Positions 47,884 through 59,444 of a DNA stretch of 64,000 bases are shown here, piece by piece. Origin of the DNA: Blastocatellia bacterium (lineage in GTDB: Bacteria; Acidobacteriota; Blastocatellia; UBA7656); contig DATNBZ010000069.1 in assembly GCA_035607285.1 (NCBI GenBank), forward strand, positions 10,182 through 74,181, read 5' to 3'. The notes under the pieces are model-generated. The model ran no database searches. It was not told where the DNA came from and saw only the letters and a list, made by a program, of their open reading frames with translations. How positions within the stretch are numbered: the stretch's first letter is position 1; every line of letters starts with the position of its first letter. The translations under genes were made by a program, and so were the position numbers.

Positions 47884-48004
47884 AAAGGCTGGCGTTCAGA
47901 AGCGGGCGTTCAGAGTACCGACTTTAGTCGGACAGTGCTCTTATTATTCGGATCTTCTGTGATGCACTGCCCGACTAAAGTCGGTACTCTGAACGCCCGC
48001 TACC
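47884..48004. repeat. Palindrome GGCGTTCAGAGTACCGACTTTAGTCGGACAG / CTGCCCGACTAAAGTCGGTACTCTGAACGCCC.
   Basis: Read directly. Confidence 0.75.
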
Positions 48005-48015
48005 GTGCAATCTCT

Positions 48016-48789
48016 TTATGTGATCTTTTCAGCCTTGAAGATCAGGAACACAGGAACCCGAATCGCCTGATCGTAGCGAGACGCATTCTTCAACGCGAAC
48101 TCACTCGACGGCGCGGGCTCGAGCATATCCGTAATCGAGAGGCAGGCAGATTTGAGGGCACTGAAGTAATCCGCGAGCGTATGATGATGGCAAAAGATGC
48201 GACGGCCTTCAGTTGATACTGCACCGAAGCCCAGCCACGGCGTCTCAATCGATCGATGCGGCGAGCCGAAATACCAACCCTCCCAGGGGTCCGGCACGTC
48301 GACCTGTTCGGAGCCAGCCAATGGAAATTGCGCGGTCGACATCGGATGCAACACACTGGCGATCAGCCGCGCGCTGGGCTTCATCACGCGCGCCACTTCT
48401 TTCATGAACTCTCCGATGTCTTCCACATAGTGCAGCGCCGTTGCGGTGAAGACGACGTCGAATTCGGCGTCACCGAATGGAAGCGGCTCGCGAATGTCCG
48501 CCACGCGAAAGTCAACTTCGACGCCGCATCTGTGCGCTCTTTCCTGCGCGAGCGAAATCATGGTCGCCGACAGATCGAAGGCGACTACCTGACCTCCCTG
48601 CTCCGCAAAGGACACCGAGTAGGTGCCCGAGCCGCAGCCGAGATCAAGAAGACGCGCGCCATCGATGTTACCGATTAGTTGCCGGATAGCCGGGCGCTCG
48701 AGGTTGTCCGCGAAAGAGTCCGAAGCCGTTGTGAAAGAGTCAAAGGCTTCGCCACACGCATTCCAGATTCGCTTTACGTCGAGAGGCAT
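48016..48789 (-). CDS. Class I SAM-dependent methyltransferase. The start is assigned at the internal Met outside the upstream palindrome.
   Basis: LLDLGCGSGTYS SAM motif. The ORF-track N-terminal extension runs into the family-E repeat. Confidence 0.75.
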   Translation of the reverse strand: MPLDVKRIWNACGEAFDSFTTASDSFADNLERPAIRQLIGNIDGARLLDLGCGSGTYSVSFAEQGGQVVAFDLSATMISLAQERAHRCGVEVDFRVADIREPLPFGDAEFDVVFTATALHYVEDIGEFMKEVARVMKPSARLIASVLHPMSTAQFPLAGSEQVDVPDPWEGWYFGSPHRSIETPWLGFGAVSTEGRRIFCHHHTLADYFSALKSACLSITDMLEPAPSSEFALKNASRYDQAIRVPVFLIFKAEKIT

Positions 48790-48799
48790 AGGGAGTGAT

Positions 48800-48917
48800 G
48801 AGTGAAACGTAAAACGTGAAACGTGATGCGTGATGCGTGAAACGTGAGAGCGATTGATCTGAATGCGATCACGGATCACGCATCACGTTTCACGCATCAC
48901 CCATCACGTATCACGTT

Positions 48918-48920
<3 letters not shown>
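48800..48920. repeat. Family-E palindrome built from ACGTGAA/GCGTGAT heptamers.
   Basis: GTGAAACGTAAAACGTGAAACGTGATGCGTGATGCGTGAAACGTGA ... TCACGCATCACGTTTCACGCATCACCCATCACGTATCACGTTTCA. Confidence 0.8.
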
Positions 48921-50420
<1,500 letters not shown>

Positions 50421-50531
50421 TCAGCTCGACGTTTTTTCGTTTTACGTTGTGCTGTGCGAGTGATGCCGGCCAACTAGCTGACCAGCTTCGGAGGTTATCA
50501 AAGCGAAATAGTGAATGCAAGTTGGGTGGTC

Positions 50532-50696
50532 ATGCATGTAGGGGCGGCCCTCCGTGGCCGCCCCAGAGTCGTTCAGGAGAAGTAGTAGGCCATGGTGGGA
50601 CGGCCCTTCGCGGCCGCCCTTCTTGATTGCCCTTCTTGGTTGCGAATAATATCCAGTTCCATGCAGGGGCGGCCACGGAGGGCCGCCCCTACATGT
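50532..50696. repeat. Family-B palindrome cluster (three copies, the outer pair inverted).
   Basis: CATGTAGGGGCGGCCCTCCGTGGCCGCCCC ... GGGACGGCCCTTCGCGGCCGCCC ... CATGCAGGGGCGGCCACGGAGGGCCGCCCCTACATG. Confidence 0.85.
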
Positions 50697-51326
50697 TTAC
50701 TTCCTATGGTATTTCCAGTGTCTGGATTTTCCCTCGGACATCCACTCGACCGCCGATTCCAACCGTTTCTTACGGGTCTCGTCGCTCCTGGCTTCGGTTA
50801 TCCAATCGACATATTCTTTCTTGTTGGTGTAGCTGAACCCATCGAACGTAGCCTTCGCTTTCTTGTTCTTCTTGAGCGCCGCGGTAAGGTCAGCCGGGAC
50901 CTCCAGCTCCTTCTTCTCGGTAGTCTTCGGGCGGGGCGCCGGCTTGATGCCCGAGTCGTGAACCCTCATTGCGTCTTTGATCTGTTTCACCAACTGCTTG
51001 TCCTTAGGCAAGTCGGACAGCGCGGTGATCTTTCCGAATTGACCCATCCCTTCCGAGGACGGTCTCGTTTCGTCGCTCATCACCCAGCCGCCGGAGTACC
51101 AGAATCCGAACGCGCAGTGTTGCTTGAAAGAAGCCATGCTGCAAAGCACTCGAGACTTGCGGTCAGCCGCGCTGGTGTACATGAAGTGCGGAAAGCTCCA
51201 TTTCATCGTCTCCTCGACTGTCGGACAATTGTCGTGAATCAATTCTCTTAAGTGAGCGAGTATCGGCTTCGCGAAGTCGGCTGACTTCGCTATGTAAGCA
51301 TCAATACGAGGGTCTTTGGTTCCCAT
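50697..51326 (-). CDS. DUF1801/YdeI-family protein.
   Basis: Start at MGTKDPRIDAY preceded by AGGAGC. The N-terminal DUF1801-like and C-terminal YdeI-like patterns are inferred. Confidence 0.5.
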   Translation of the reverse strand: MGTKDPRIDAYIAKSADFAKPILAHLRELIHDNCPTVEETMKWSFPHFMYTSAADRKSRVLCSMASFKQHCAFGFWYSGGWVMSDETRPSSEGMGQFGKITALSDLPKDKQLVKQIKDAMRVHDSGIKPAPRPKTTEKKELEVPADLTAALKKNKKAKATFDGFSYTNKKEYVDWITEARSDETRKKRLESAVEWMSEGKSRHWKYHRK

Positions 51327-51373
51327 CTCTAAGCTCCTGGATTGATTTTGTGAATTCGCAAGTGCGACAGACT

Positions 51374-51760
51374 CTAGTCGCGCGCCTCGTACTCCGCTAT
51401 CGCGCGCTTCGACGCAAGACCGCGCCACGCTTCTTCGATCAAGCCCCGCAGCAAATTCAACTCGACGTTCTTCAGTCGCACGAGCATGAAAGGCCAGCAA
51501 CGATAGTGATCGGTGACGTAAAACATATCCGGTTGGGTTGCGGTCAGCACTTCACGTGCAACGAATTCCACCTTGAGGACCAGCGACTCACCGTCCTGGT
51601 GAAACCTCGCCAAAATCTTGCCGGAGACGCGAAACGCCGGTGTCCCGTAAGACGTTCCCTCTTCGACTCGGGGCAGCGCCAGCGCAAGTTGGCGAACCGT
51701 GTCGAAAGTGACGCCGCCCTCGGTTTTGCTCACCGCATTTTTCTTTTTCGTTTTAGGCAT
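51374..51760 (-). CDS. MmcQ/YjbR-family protein.
   Basis: About 128 aa from MPKTKKK. The assignment is weak. Confidence 0.4.
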   Translation of the reverse strand: MPKTKKKNAVSKTEGGVTFDTVRQLALALPRVEEGTSYGTPAFRVSGKILARFHQDGESLVLKVEFVAREVLTATQPDMFYVTDHYRCWPFMLVRLKNVELNLLRGLIEEAWRGLASKRAIAEYEARD

Positions 51761-51837
51761 CCAAAACTTTCGCGAGCGCGGCACGATGCACCGTGAACAC
51801 TAACCCGCCGAGTATTTTTCGGCGACACGTTGAGAAG

Positions 51838-51906
51838 AAATAGACAGGGATTAACAGGATGAACAGGATGGCAAACAACATCCTGAATATCCTGTCCATC
51901 CTGTAA
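51838..51906. repeat. Family-G palindrome (ACAGGAT heptamers).
   Basis: GATTAACAGGATGAACAGGATGGCAAACAACATCCTGAATATCCTGTCCATCCTGT. Confidence 0.75.
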
Positions 51907-51999
51907 AGCTCTTATCGAACTCGACAGCGAAGCCCTTGTGCCCGAGCAGTAATTCACCTTCGAATCTTTCTCTCTTTGACTTCGTCATCCGCGCGGGGC

Positions 52000-53571
52000 T
52001 CAGTTAAGCGTGCGTTTCTGAAATTGCTCGATGAAATCAACCTGCTCTTTCAAAAGATGATTTCGCACCTGAACCGAATCACCGAAGTCCAGATAGGGCT
52101 CCGACTCGCGGTTGTAGGACGCCCACTTCGGCAAGCCTGCGCCGTTCGGGTCCCCGGTCTTCGCAAAGTTCACCCAGTAGCTCATCATCGTGTCGGCGAG
52201 TTTCTGATCGGCCTCAGTCAACAGCGGGTTCTGACGGTTGAGATTATTAAACACGTAAGGAATCTCACTGGCGTGATAAGCGCCAAGATACTTGCTCCGC
52301 GGATTGGGCGGAACGTGGCTGAAAGAATAGAGGTAAGCTTTTGATCGCCCGTTTGCGGTCATTCTCGCCCACGTCCGCATGTTGAGCGTGAACAGCCCGT
52401 CCCGCAGGGCGCCCAGATAAGCGGGTGCGATGTCCGCGCCGGTCTTCACCGGATAGACCGCGTCGAATTCCGCAATCATTTCGCCGTACTGCATCGAGAC
52501 TCGTTTGCGATATTCCTCCATCGTCTTTGGCACCGAATCCGGAGTGGTCAGCGTCGTCATCTCGTTGGCATTCGAACCGACAATCACCGGCACATCATTG
52601 TGCATTTTCCGGGCAAAGATATTTCGGATCTCATCGGGCAGCACCCATCCATCGACGCACGGCTGTGTTCTGAACTTCTTCCCCTCCGCATCATTGTTGA
52701 AGACGTCGACGATTTTCTCGGCAGGCAATTCGCGAAGCGCTTTGATTGAATCCGCGCCGGCGGCTTTGGCAAAGGCCACACCGACTTTCTCGGCTGACGC
52801 TAACTTGTTCCGGTCATCTTTGAGGTAGGGCATCGGCCCGAAGTATGCGCCGCTCTCGCCGATCGCGCGGTGAAACAACCCTTTGGCCAGCGGCGTCGCG
52901 ACAAGAGTGTTGACGCTCCACGACCCGGCGGATTCGCCAAAGATCGTGACGTTCTTCGCATCGCCGCCGAAGGCTGCGATGTTCTTCTGCACCCACTTCA
53001 GCGCCGCAACCTGATCGAGCACGCCATAGTTTCCAGACGAGTGCCGGGCTGATTCGCTCGTCAAGTCCGGGTGAGCAAGGTACCCGAGAGGACCCAGACG
53101 ATAATTGACCGTCACCAGCACCACGCCCTTCTTCGCCAGCGCCGTTCCGTCGTAAGTAGGCCGCGAGCCGGAGCCTCGTGTCAGCGCGCCGCCGTGAATC
53201 CACACCATCACCGGCCGCTTTTCGCCGGCGTTGGCGGCCGTCCAAACATTAAGGTATAGACAATCCTCGCTCATCTTCTCTGGTGGTGAATAATACATTG
53301 AGGCTTGCGGGTAGGAAGACTGCGGACATGCCGGACCGAAGGCATCGCATTTTCGAACTCCATCCCAGGCGACGACCGGCTGCGGCGCTTTCCAGCGCAG
53401 CTCGCCGACAGGCGGAGCTGCGAATGGAATGCCTTTGAAACTGCGAACGCCGTCGGCGGTCGTGCCGGAGATCAACCCGCCTTCAACTTTGATGTTGCCG
53501 TTGGGTGACAGTGCCGATGTGGAAACGGCGACGGCCAGAGCGAAAACAAGCAGAGTCAGATTACGGCGCAT
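52000..53571 (-). CDS. Secreted carboxylesterase/lipase (type-B alpha/beta hydrolase).
   Basis: Signal peptide and the GESAGS nucleophile elbow in a 523-aa ORF. Confidence 0.85.
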   Translation of the reverse strand: MRRNLTLLVFALAVAVSTSALSPNGNIKVEGGLISGTTADGVRSFKGIPFAAPPVGELRWKAPQPVVAWDGVRKCDAFGPACPQSSYPQASMYYSPPEKMSEDCLYLNVWTAANAGEKRPVMVWIHGGALTRGSGSRPTYDGTALAKKGVVLVTVNYRLGPLGYLAHPDLTSESARHSSGNYGVLDQVAALKWVQKNIAAFGGDAKNVTIFGESAGSWSVNTLVATPLAKGLFHRAIGESGAYFGPMPYLKDDRNKLASAEKVGVAFAKAAGADSIKALRELPAEKIVDVFNNDAEGKKFRTQPCVDGWVLPDEIRNIFARKMHNDVPVIVGSNANEMTTLTTPDSVPKTMEEYRKRVSMQYGEMIAEFDAVYPVKTGADIAPAYLGALRDGLFTLNMRTWARMTANGRSKAYLYSFSHVPPNPRSKYLGAYHASEIPYVFNNLNRQNPLLTEADQKLADTMMSYWVNFAKTGDPNGAGLPKWASYNRESEPYLDFGDSVQVRNHLLKEQVDFIEQFQKRTLN

Positions 53572-53589
53572 GGGATACCTCTTGGTTTA

Positions 53590-53700
53590 GATTGTCGCGC
53601 GTCTAATTTGGAGTGCGGCGGCATCTGTGCGTCGCCGCCGCTTTAGCTCACTACTAGTCGAAAGCGGCGGCGACGCACAGATGCCGCCGCACTCCAAATC
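53590..53700. repeat. Family-H palindrome (TTGGAGTGCGGCGGCATCTGTGCGTCGCCGCCGCTTT and its reverse complement).
   Basis: Read directly. A related copy lies at 56430-56580 on the other side of the iorAB-like pair. Confidence 0.8.
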
Positions 53701-55945
53701 ACGCCAATTGCTTCTTGACGGGCAATTCGCGAATGCGTTTGCCGGTTGCCGCAAATATCGCGTTGCAAATTGCGGGTGGCATCGGCGGCACACCGGGTTC
53801 GCCGACTCCGGCGGGCGGCGCGTCGCTTTGCACGATGTGCACTCGCGTTTCGATCGGCGCCTCCTCCATCCGCGGGACCCTGTAGTCATGAAAGTTCGAC
53901 TGTTGAACTTTGCCGCCCGAAGCGGTGATCTCATTCAGCAACGCTATGCCGGCGCCGAACACCGCGGCGCCCTCGAACTGAGCCTTCACGCGATCCGGGC
54001 TTATCACACGGCCCGCATCAACCGCCATATCGACGCGAGGAATTCTCACCTTGCCGTTGTCATCCACCTCTACTTCGACGACGGCGGCAACGTAAGTGTA
54101 GAAGCTCCAGTGCGCGGCAATGCCAAGCGCTCGGCCTTTCGACGGCTTCTTCTTCGCCCAACCCGAGCGCTCGGCCGCAACCTCAATCACGTTTCGCAAC
54201 CGGCCGGTATCGAGCGGGTACTTGGCGGCAAGCGGACTCTTCCCACCGAGATCGATCGTGCGGGGCTTGCCCAACACCTCGAGCAGATACTCGACCCGGT
54301 CTCGCCTGGCGAGATTCGCCAACTCATCGACGAACGAGTGAATCGCGAAGGCGTGTTGGATGTTCGCCACCGAACGCAGCCAGCCGATGCGAAGATGATT
54401 CTGAGCCGGTCCGTTTTCCGCTCGATGATTAGGAATGTCGAACGGCAAGTTCGTCCAGCCCATACCCAGCTCGCCGCCGCTGGCAGAGTTGGCCGCCGGG
54501 CTAAACGTCGACATCAGGGATGGGAACGCGCAACGTTGCAGCCACGCCGTCGGTTTGCCCTTCTCATCGAGCGCCGCTTTGACGTACATCGCCGAGACGG
54601 TGTGATAGTAATCGAAGCGGATATCGTCCTCGCGGCTCCACGCGACCTTGACCGGTTTGCCGACGGCTTTCGACAGGATGGCCGCTTCCGCAACGTAGTC
54701 GGGTTTCGATTTGCGGCCGAAGCCGCCGCCGAGCAGCGTCACGTGACATTCGACATCCTTCTTGTCGATGCCCAGCGCCGCCGCAACCGTATCCTGGACG
54801 GCCTGAGGGTTCTGCGTTGCCGCATAGGCTACGACTTTGCCGTCTTTGAATTCGACTACCGCGGCGGGTGGTTCCATCGGAGCGTGCGAAAGATGAGGCA
54901 CGTAGTACTCAGCTTCATGCGTCTTGCCGCCTTTCGCGAACTCCGCGTCCACGTCCCCGATGTTGCGCGCGGCCTTTTGAGGTTTGCGAACAGTTTCGAA
55001 CAGCTCTTTTTTGTATGCGGCCGATTCGTAGCCCGCATGGTCGCCGGACTCCCATTCAACCTTTAAAGCCGCGCGGCCCTTCATCGCAGACCAGGTGTTA
55101 TCGGCGATGACTGCCACGCCGCCGAGCGCCTGAAACCCGTGAGGCGGCTTGAACGTCGGGATGACCACGGTCTGCTGCACGCCGGGTACTTTCTTAGCTT
55201 CCTGGTCGTCGAAACTTTTGAGCTTGCCGCCAAGCACCGGCGAGCGCTCGATTGACGCATACACCATTCCCGGCATTCGCGCATCGATCCCGAAGGTCCC
55301 GCGTCCGGCGCTGATATCGTCGCGGTCAACCGTCGGAAAATCCTTGCCGATGTAGCGGTACTCCGACGCGGGTTTGTACTTCAGCTCTTCTTTCTTAGGC
55401 ACCGGCTGCGCGGCAGCCAGCGTTGCCAACTCTCCGTAGCCAAGCTTACGTTTGCTGGAAGCATGAACGACCTCATGGTTCTTCGCCTTGCACTCATCGG
55501 CGGACACGCCCCACTTGGAAGCCGCCGCGCGCTCGAGCATAAGCCGAGCAGTCGCGCCGGCGTCGCGCATCGCATCGCCAAAATCGCGAATCGAGCACGA
55601 GCCGTCGGTGTTCTGCGAACCGTACTTTACATCACCGAGGGCCTGCTCTACTTTCACACGCGACCAGTCGGCGTCGAGTTCGTCGGCCACTATCATCGGC
55701 AGTCCTGTGCGAATTCCCGTGCCCATTTCGGAACGGTGCGCGACGACGATCACGGCGCCGTCGGTCTCGATTCCCAGGTAGACACTCGGATGCCAGGCGG
55801 CATTGTCGGCTCCGCTTGCAGTGCTCGTGCCTGCGAAGGCCGAGAAACCCTGGGCCGGCAAGAGGCGAGCGCCGAGCACAAAAGCTCCAGCCGAGAATAC
55901 TCCTCCTAAGAAAGTGCGGCGTGTTACGAGGTCGATGCGATTCAT
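53699..55945 (-). CDS. Tat-exported molybdopterin-binding subunit of a two-subunit xanthine dehydrogenase-family enzyme (IorB / aldehyde oxidoreductase beta-like).
   Basis: Twin-arginine signal [26 protein letters not shown] preceded by GGAGGTG. The large MoCo-binding fold spans about 750 aa. Confidence 0.8.
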   Translation of the reverse strand: MNRIDLVTRRTFLGGVFSAGAFVLGARLLPAQGFSAFAGTSTASGADNAAWHPSVYLGIETDGAVIVVAHRSEMGTGIRTGLPMIVADELDADWSRVKVEQALGDVKYGSQNTDGSCSIRDFGDAMRDAGATARLMLERAAASKWGVSADECKAKNHEVVHASSKRKLGYGELATLAAAQPVPKKEELKYKPASEYRYIGKDFPTVDRDDISAGRGTFGIDARMPGMVYASIERSPVLGGKLKSFDDQEAKKVPGVQQTVVIPTFKPPHGFQALGGVAVIADNTWSAMKGRAALKVEWESGDHAGYESAAYKKELFETVRKPQKAARNIGDVDAEFAKGGKTHEAEYYVPHLSHAPMEPPAAVVEFKDGKVVAYAATQNPQAVQDTVAAALGIDKKDVECHVTLLGGGFGRKSKPDYVAEAAILSKAVGKPVKVAWSREDDIRFDYYHTVSAMYVKAALDEKGKPTAWLQRCAFPSLMSTFSPAANSASGGELGMGWTNLPFDIPNHRAENGPAQNHLRIGWLRSVANIQHAFAIHSFVDELANLARRDRVEYLLEVLGKPRTIDLGGKSPLAAKYPLDTGRLRNVIEVAAERSGWAKKKPSKGRALGIAAHWSFYTYVAAVVEVEVDDNGKVRIPRVDMAVDAGRVISPDRVKAQFEGAAVFGAGIALLNEITASGGKVQQSNFHDYRVPRMEEAPIETRVHIVQSDAPPAGVGEPGVPPMPPAICNAIFAATGKRIRELPVKKQLA

Positions 55946-56403
55946 TTCTTCACCTCCGCCGCCATTTTGATCGCCTGGCGAATGCGCTGATAGGTTCCGC
56001 ACCGGCAGATGTTGCCTCGCATCGCGATGTCGATGTCCGAATCGTCAGGCTTCGGATTCTGTTTGAGCAATGCCGCGGCGGCCATAATCTGTCCGCTCTG
56101 GCAGTAGCCGCATTGCGGAACGTTGGCCTGGCGCCAGCACACCTGGACCGGATGCTCGGCGTTCGCATTCAGGCCCTCGATAGTCACGATGGTTTTGCCT
56201 ACAGCGGTCTTTACGCTCGTCTGACAACTGACCACCGCCGCACCGTTGAGGTGGACGGTGCATGCTCCGCACAGCCCCATTCCGCAACCGAACTTGGTGC
56301 CGGTCAGCTCGAGCGTGTCGCGCAACACCCAGAGCAGCGGCATGTCCGGACTGACGTTTACAATCCGGTCCTTCCCGTTGACGTTGATTGTCATCGCAGG
56401 CAT
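55942..56403 (-). CDS. (2Fe-2S)-binding subunit (IorA-like), with an ATGA overlap onto the large subunit.
   Basis: [10 protein letters not shown] and CGYCQSG cysteine clusters. Confidence 0.8.
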   Translation of the reverse strand: MPAMTINVNGKDRIVNVSPDMPLLWVLRDTLELTGTKFGCGMGLCGACTVHLNGAAVVSCQTSVKTAVGKTIVTIEGLNANAEHPVQVCWRQANVPQCGYCQSGQIMAAAALLKQNPKPDDSDIDIAMRGNICRCGTYQRIRQAIKMAAEVKK

Positions 56404-56429
56404 CAGTCTCTCCCTTACCAATGTCGAGT

Positions 56430-56580
56430 GTTAATTTGGAGCGCGGCGCAATGTACTCCGCGGTGCCGTTGCTTTGGAGTGCGGCGGCAAGGTACTCCGC
56501 GACGCCGCTTTGCTGACAATACAATTCGAAGCCAAAGCGGCGTCGCGGAGTACCTTGCCGCCGCACTCCAAAGGTACAAG
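56430..56580. repeat. Family-H palindrome.
   Basis: TTTGGAGTGCGGCGGCAAGGTACTCCGCGACGCCGCTTTG is reverse-complementary to CAAAGCGGCGTCGCGGAGTACCTTGCCGCCGCACTCCAAA. Confidence 0.8.
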
Positions 56581-56604
56581 CAAATTTGAGAGTTGCCAAG
56601 CTCG

Positions 56605-58314
56605 TCAGCCTGCGATGCTTCGCGCCGGCGGCTGCTGCTCCCAGAACTTTCGAATCTCGCTGCGCGGATCGTTCTCGACTCGAGTGTCTGTATCGAAGAT
56701 CATCGTTGCGCGACTCGTCGCATCGTAAGCCGGCCAGCGAGGGATGCGCGCGTTGTTCGGATCACCGGTCTTCGCAAAAGACACCCATGCCGACGCCAGC
56801 CGATCGCACATCACCTTGCCTTCGGGGTTACCAACTCCAACGATATTGTCGCGCACGTTGTGGAATGAAGCAGACACGTCCGTGCCGTGTACCGCACCGA
56901 ACTTCCCGCCAAAGCCCGGGGATACCCATTCCCATAAATACATGAACACCGGAGCCTTCCCAAGCGCGGCCTTGCGCTCAGCCTGGGCGATTGCCGAGCG
57001 GCGAAAACCCGAATCCGTGAACACCTGAGCTTGAAGCAGGAAAGGCGACTTCTGCGGATAGCGTTGCTTGTAAAGCGCGAGAATCTCGTCCGCCTTCTCT
57101 GCATACCGTTGCGTGAGAATCGTCTTCAGGGCGGCTTCGGTAAGATCAAAATTTGTCAGGGCAAGCGCGGCGTCTTCGAGCGTCGTCGAAACTATGATCG
57201 GCACATCCGCCGACTCCGGCGGCGCGACTGGATCGAACGGATGATGCGGAAGAATCGTTCCGTCGACGACCGGCGAAAAACCACCGCCAAGCCCGGGAGC
57301 GACTGCGGCCTGAGCCTCGAGCAATTGTTGCCAGGATATCTTCTGCAGGTCGGCGATCCGTGACTTCGGGATCTCGAGCTTAGCCAGCAGCAGCTCGGCG
57401 GTTTTCGTGGCCTGCTCGCGCGTGGTGAGCCGGAGCGACGAGCCGCTCTGCACCGCGGCCCGGTGAAAAAGACCCTTTGCGGAAGGCGTCGCAAGCATCG
57501 TCGTTGTCTTTGCGCCGCCGCCCGACTGCCCGAAGATCATCACGCGTCCGGGGTCGCCGCCAAAGTTCGCGATGTTGTCTTTCACCCATTGCAACGACGC
57601 GACCAGGTCCATTATTCCGCTCACGCCGGCGTAAGCGAATTCGGGCGGCGCGCCCAGGTCGGCCAAATGCGTGTAACCGTAACTGGCGAGCCGATGATTG
57701 ACTGTAACCACCACTACGTCGCCAAAGAGAGCCAATTGCGCGCCGTCAAATCCAGGCGCATTGCCCGACCCGGTGCTGAAGCCGCCGCCGTGGAACGAAA
57801 CAAGCACGGCTCGCTTTGCTCCGTCGTTTACCCCGGGCGTCCATACGTTGAGCACCAGGCAATCCTCACCCATGCCACCGGACTGTTGATCCCATTGGAT
57901 CATCATTCCATATTCCGACCGCAGGCTGGAAAGAGTTTGAGGACAACACTGGCCGTGAGTGAAGCACTCGCGCACACCGGTCCACGGCGCGGGCTTCCTG
58001 GGCGGCATGAACCGGTTTTTGCCGCCGGTGGATGCGCCGTACGGAATGCCCTTGAATTCCTTGATCCCGGCGGTAGCTATCCCTTGAACCTTGCCCGAAG
58101 TAGTTTCCACTACATGAAACAGTGCGCTCTCGGCGTTGCTTCCGAGACTACCGGCCGGACGAGAAGGCGCGGCGGTCTGGGCCGAAGAGCCACGCGGAAG
58201 CGCGGACGTCACGCCCGCGGCAGCGACTGCGAGTGACATCCCTTTTAGAAAACCGCGGCGGCTGTGCTTGCCAAAAGCCTCCTGACTATCTGGATAGGTA
58301 TTCTTGGTGGTCAT
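56605..58314 (-). CDS. Tat-exported carboxylesterase/lipase (type-B), a paralog of the gene at 52000-53571.
   Basis: RRGFLKGMSLAVAAAGV Tat signal and GQSGG nucleophile elbow. Confidence 0.85.
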   Translation of the reverse strand: MTTKNTYPDSQEAFGKHSRRGFLKGMSLAVAAAGVTSALPRGSSAQTAAPSRPAGSLGSNAESALFHVVETTSGKVQGIATAGIKEFKGIPYGASTGGKNRFMPPRKPAPWTGVRECFTHGQCCPQTLSSLRSEYGMMIQWDQQSGGMGEDCLVLNVWTPGVNDGAKRAVLVSFHGGGFSTGSGNAPGFDGAQLALFGDVVVVTVNHRLASYGYTHLADLGAPPEFAYAGVSGIMDLVASLQWVKDNIANFGGDPGRVMIFGQSGGGAKTTTMLATPSAKGLFHRAAVQSGSSLRLTTREQATKTAELLLAKLEIPKSRIADLQKISWQQLLEAQAAVAPGLGGGFSPVVDGTILPHHPFDPVAPPESADVPIIVSTTLEDAALALTNFDLTEAALKTILTQRYAEKADEILALYKQRYPQKSPFLLQAQVFTDSGFRRSAIAQAERKAALGKAPVFMYLWEWVSPGFGGKFGAVHGTDVSASFHNVRDNIVGVGNPEGKVMCDRLASAWVSFAKTGDPNNARIPRWPAYDATSRATMIFDTDTRVENDPRSEIRKFWEQQPPARSIAG

Positions 58315-58491
58315 CCCCGTTTCTCCTTTTTGACCTGTAAGGGCGTCCTTCCGTGGGCGTCCCTCTGTGGCAATGTGAGTACTTAGCAGGCTGCTGAAAA
58401 AGGGACGCGACAGCTCACATCGGATGCCGATAATCCCACCAACGCACGAGGTGGGTATGAACTGCCGTGATTAATTACAACGACGACTAAA

Positions 58492-59139
58492 TCACGATTT
58501 AGGGCTTCCAGCTTCAGGTTTGAGCAGGCCACCCAGCGCGATGTTTGTAATCTCTTCGGAGACCTGCTCGGGCGTCAGGCGGCCATCCGGGTTGTACCAG
58601 CGAGCGACCCAAAGAATCATGCCGAGCAGGCTGAATGTCGCAGCATCCAGGTCGACGTCCCTCAATCGTCCTTGCGCTTCCAGTTGCTTGAGGGTGCCTT
58701 TGATCAAATCCACGTAAGCGCGCTTACGCTGATCGGTCTTGCGCCGCTGAGCCGGGGTCAGGCCTGCAACTTCATCAAGAACGATTGACACCGGATTATT
58801 GCCCTGCGGCGTGCTGCGGCTGGTGATCAGATGCACGTGGTTGATGATGATCGTCTTTATGCGCCGCTCCGGATCAGCGATGCCGCGCGACGGGGCGATG
58901 ACTTGCTCTTCGAGCGAATCCAATCCGAAGTTCATTATGTTGAAGAGCAGATTTCGTTTTCCCGAAACGTGATGATAGAGACCCGACTTCGTGATCCCAA
59001 CAGCTTCCGCAATATCATTCATCGAAGTAGCGTCGTAACCTTTTTCGCAAATTATCCGGGCTGCCGCGCGGTAGATGTCGGCAAGACGGTCCGGTTCGGC
59101 TGAGGCAGAGAGGCTGAAAGGATTCTTCGTTGTAGCCAT
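58492..59139 (-). CDS. TetR-family transcriptional regulator.
   Basis: HTH block SMNDIAEAVGITKSGLYHHVSGKRNLL. The start is assigned at MATTKN. Confidence 0.8.
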   Translation of the reverse strand: MATTKNPFSLSASAEPDRLADIYRAAARIICEKGYDATSMNDIAEAVGITKSGLYHHVSGKRNLLFNIMNFGLDSLEEQVIAPSRGIADPERRIKTIIINHVHLITSRSTPQGNNPVSIVLDEVAGLTPAQRRKTDQRKRAYVDLIKGTLKQLEAQGRLRDVDLDAATFSLLGMILWVARWYNPDGRLTPEQVSEEITNIALGGLLKPEAGSPKS

Positions 59140-59281
59140 GATTCCAGATGGGAGTGCACTCGGCACTCGAGAATAAGCGCAATGAGATCTACCGCGCCGG
59201 TTCCACTGGGAGAGCGTCAATATAGCGCGTTCAATTCCCGCCCGCAAAGCCAGACTCTGTCCGCAGTGGGTCAAGTTGAGG

Positions 59282-59362
59282 TTCAGAGTTCAAGCTTTAG
59301 CTTGCTCTCGATCTTTATGGTATGAAAAATGGCAAGCTAAAGCCTGAACTCTGAACCGGACC
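59282..59362. repeat. Palindrome GGTTCAGAGTTCAAGCTTTAGCTTGC / GCAAGCTAAAGCCTGAACTCTGAACC, which may be a TetR operator region or a repeat element.
   Basis: Read directly. Confidence 0.6.
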
Positions 59363-59444
59363 TTCAACCTGACCCACTACTCGAAGCCAGTCCAAATCAG
59401 CGGTTACCTGCATCGGCGCGGCAGACTGAACGGCTATTCAACAT

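Noticed and set aside
48790-48879. N-terminal 30-codon extension of the methyltransferase ORF (likewise extensions of 26148-27086, 50697-51500, 58492-59274 and 63165-63794)
   Set aside because: The extensions run into palindromic repeats or lack a ribosome-binding site. An internal Met with a Shine-Dalgarno-like sequence gives a protein whose N-terminus matches family expectations.
50592-51251. 219-aa plus-strand ORF overlapping the family-B palindrome cluster and the DUF1801/YdeI gene
   Set aside because: It starts inside the GGGGCGGCC palindromes (translation RGGHGGPPL) and runs antisense to a well-supported gene.
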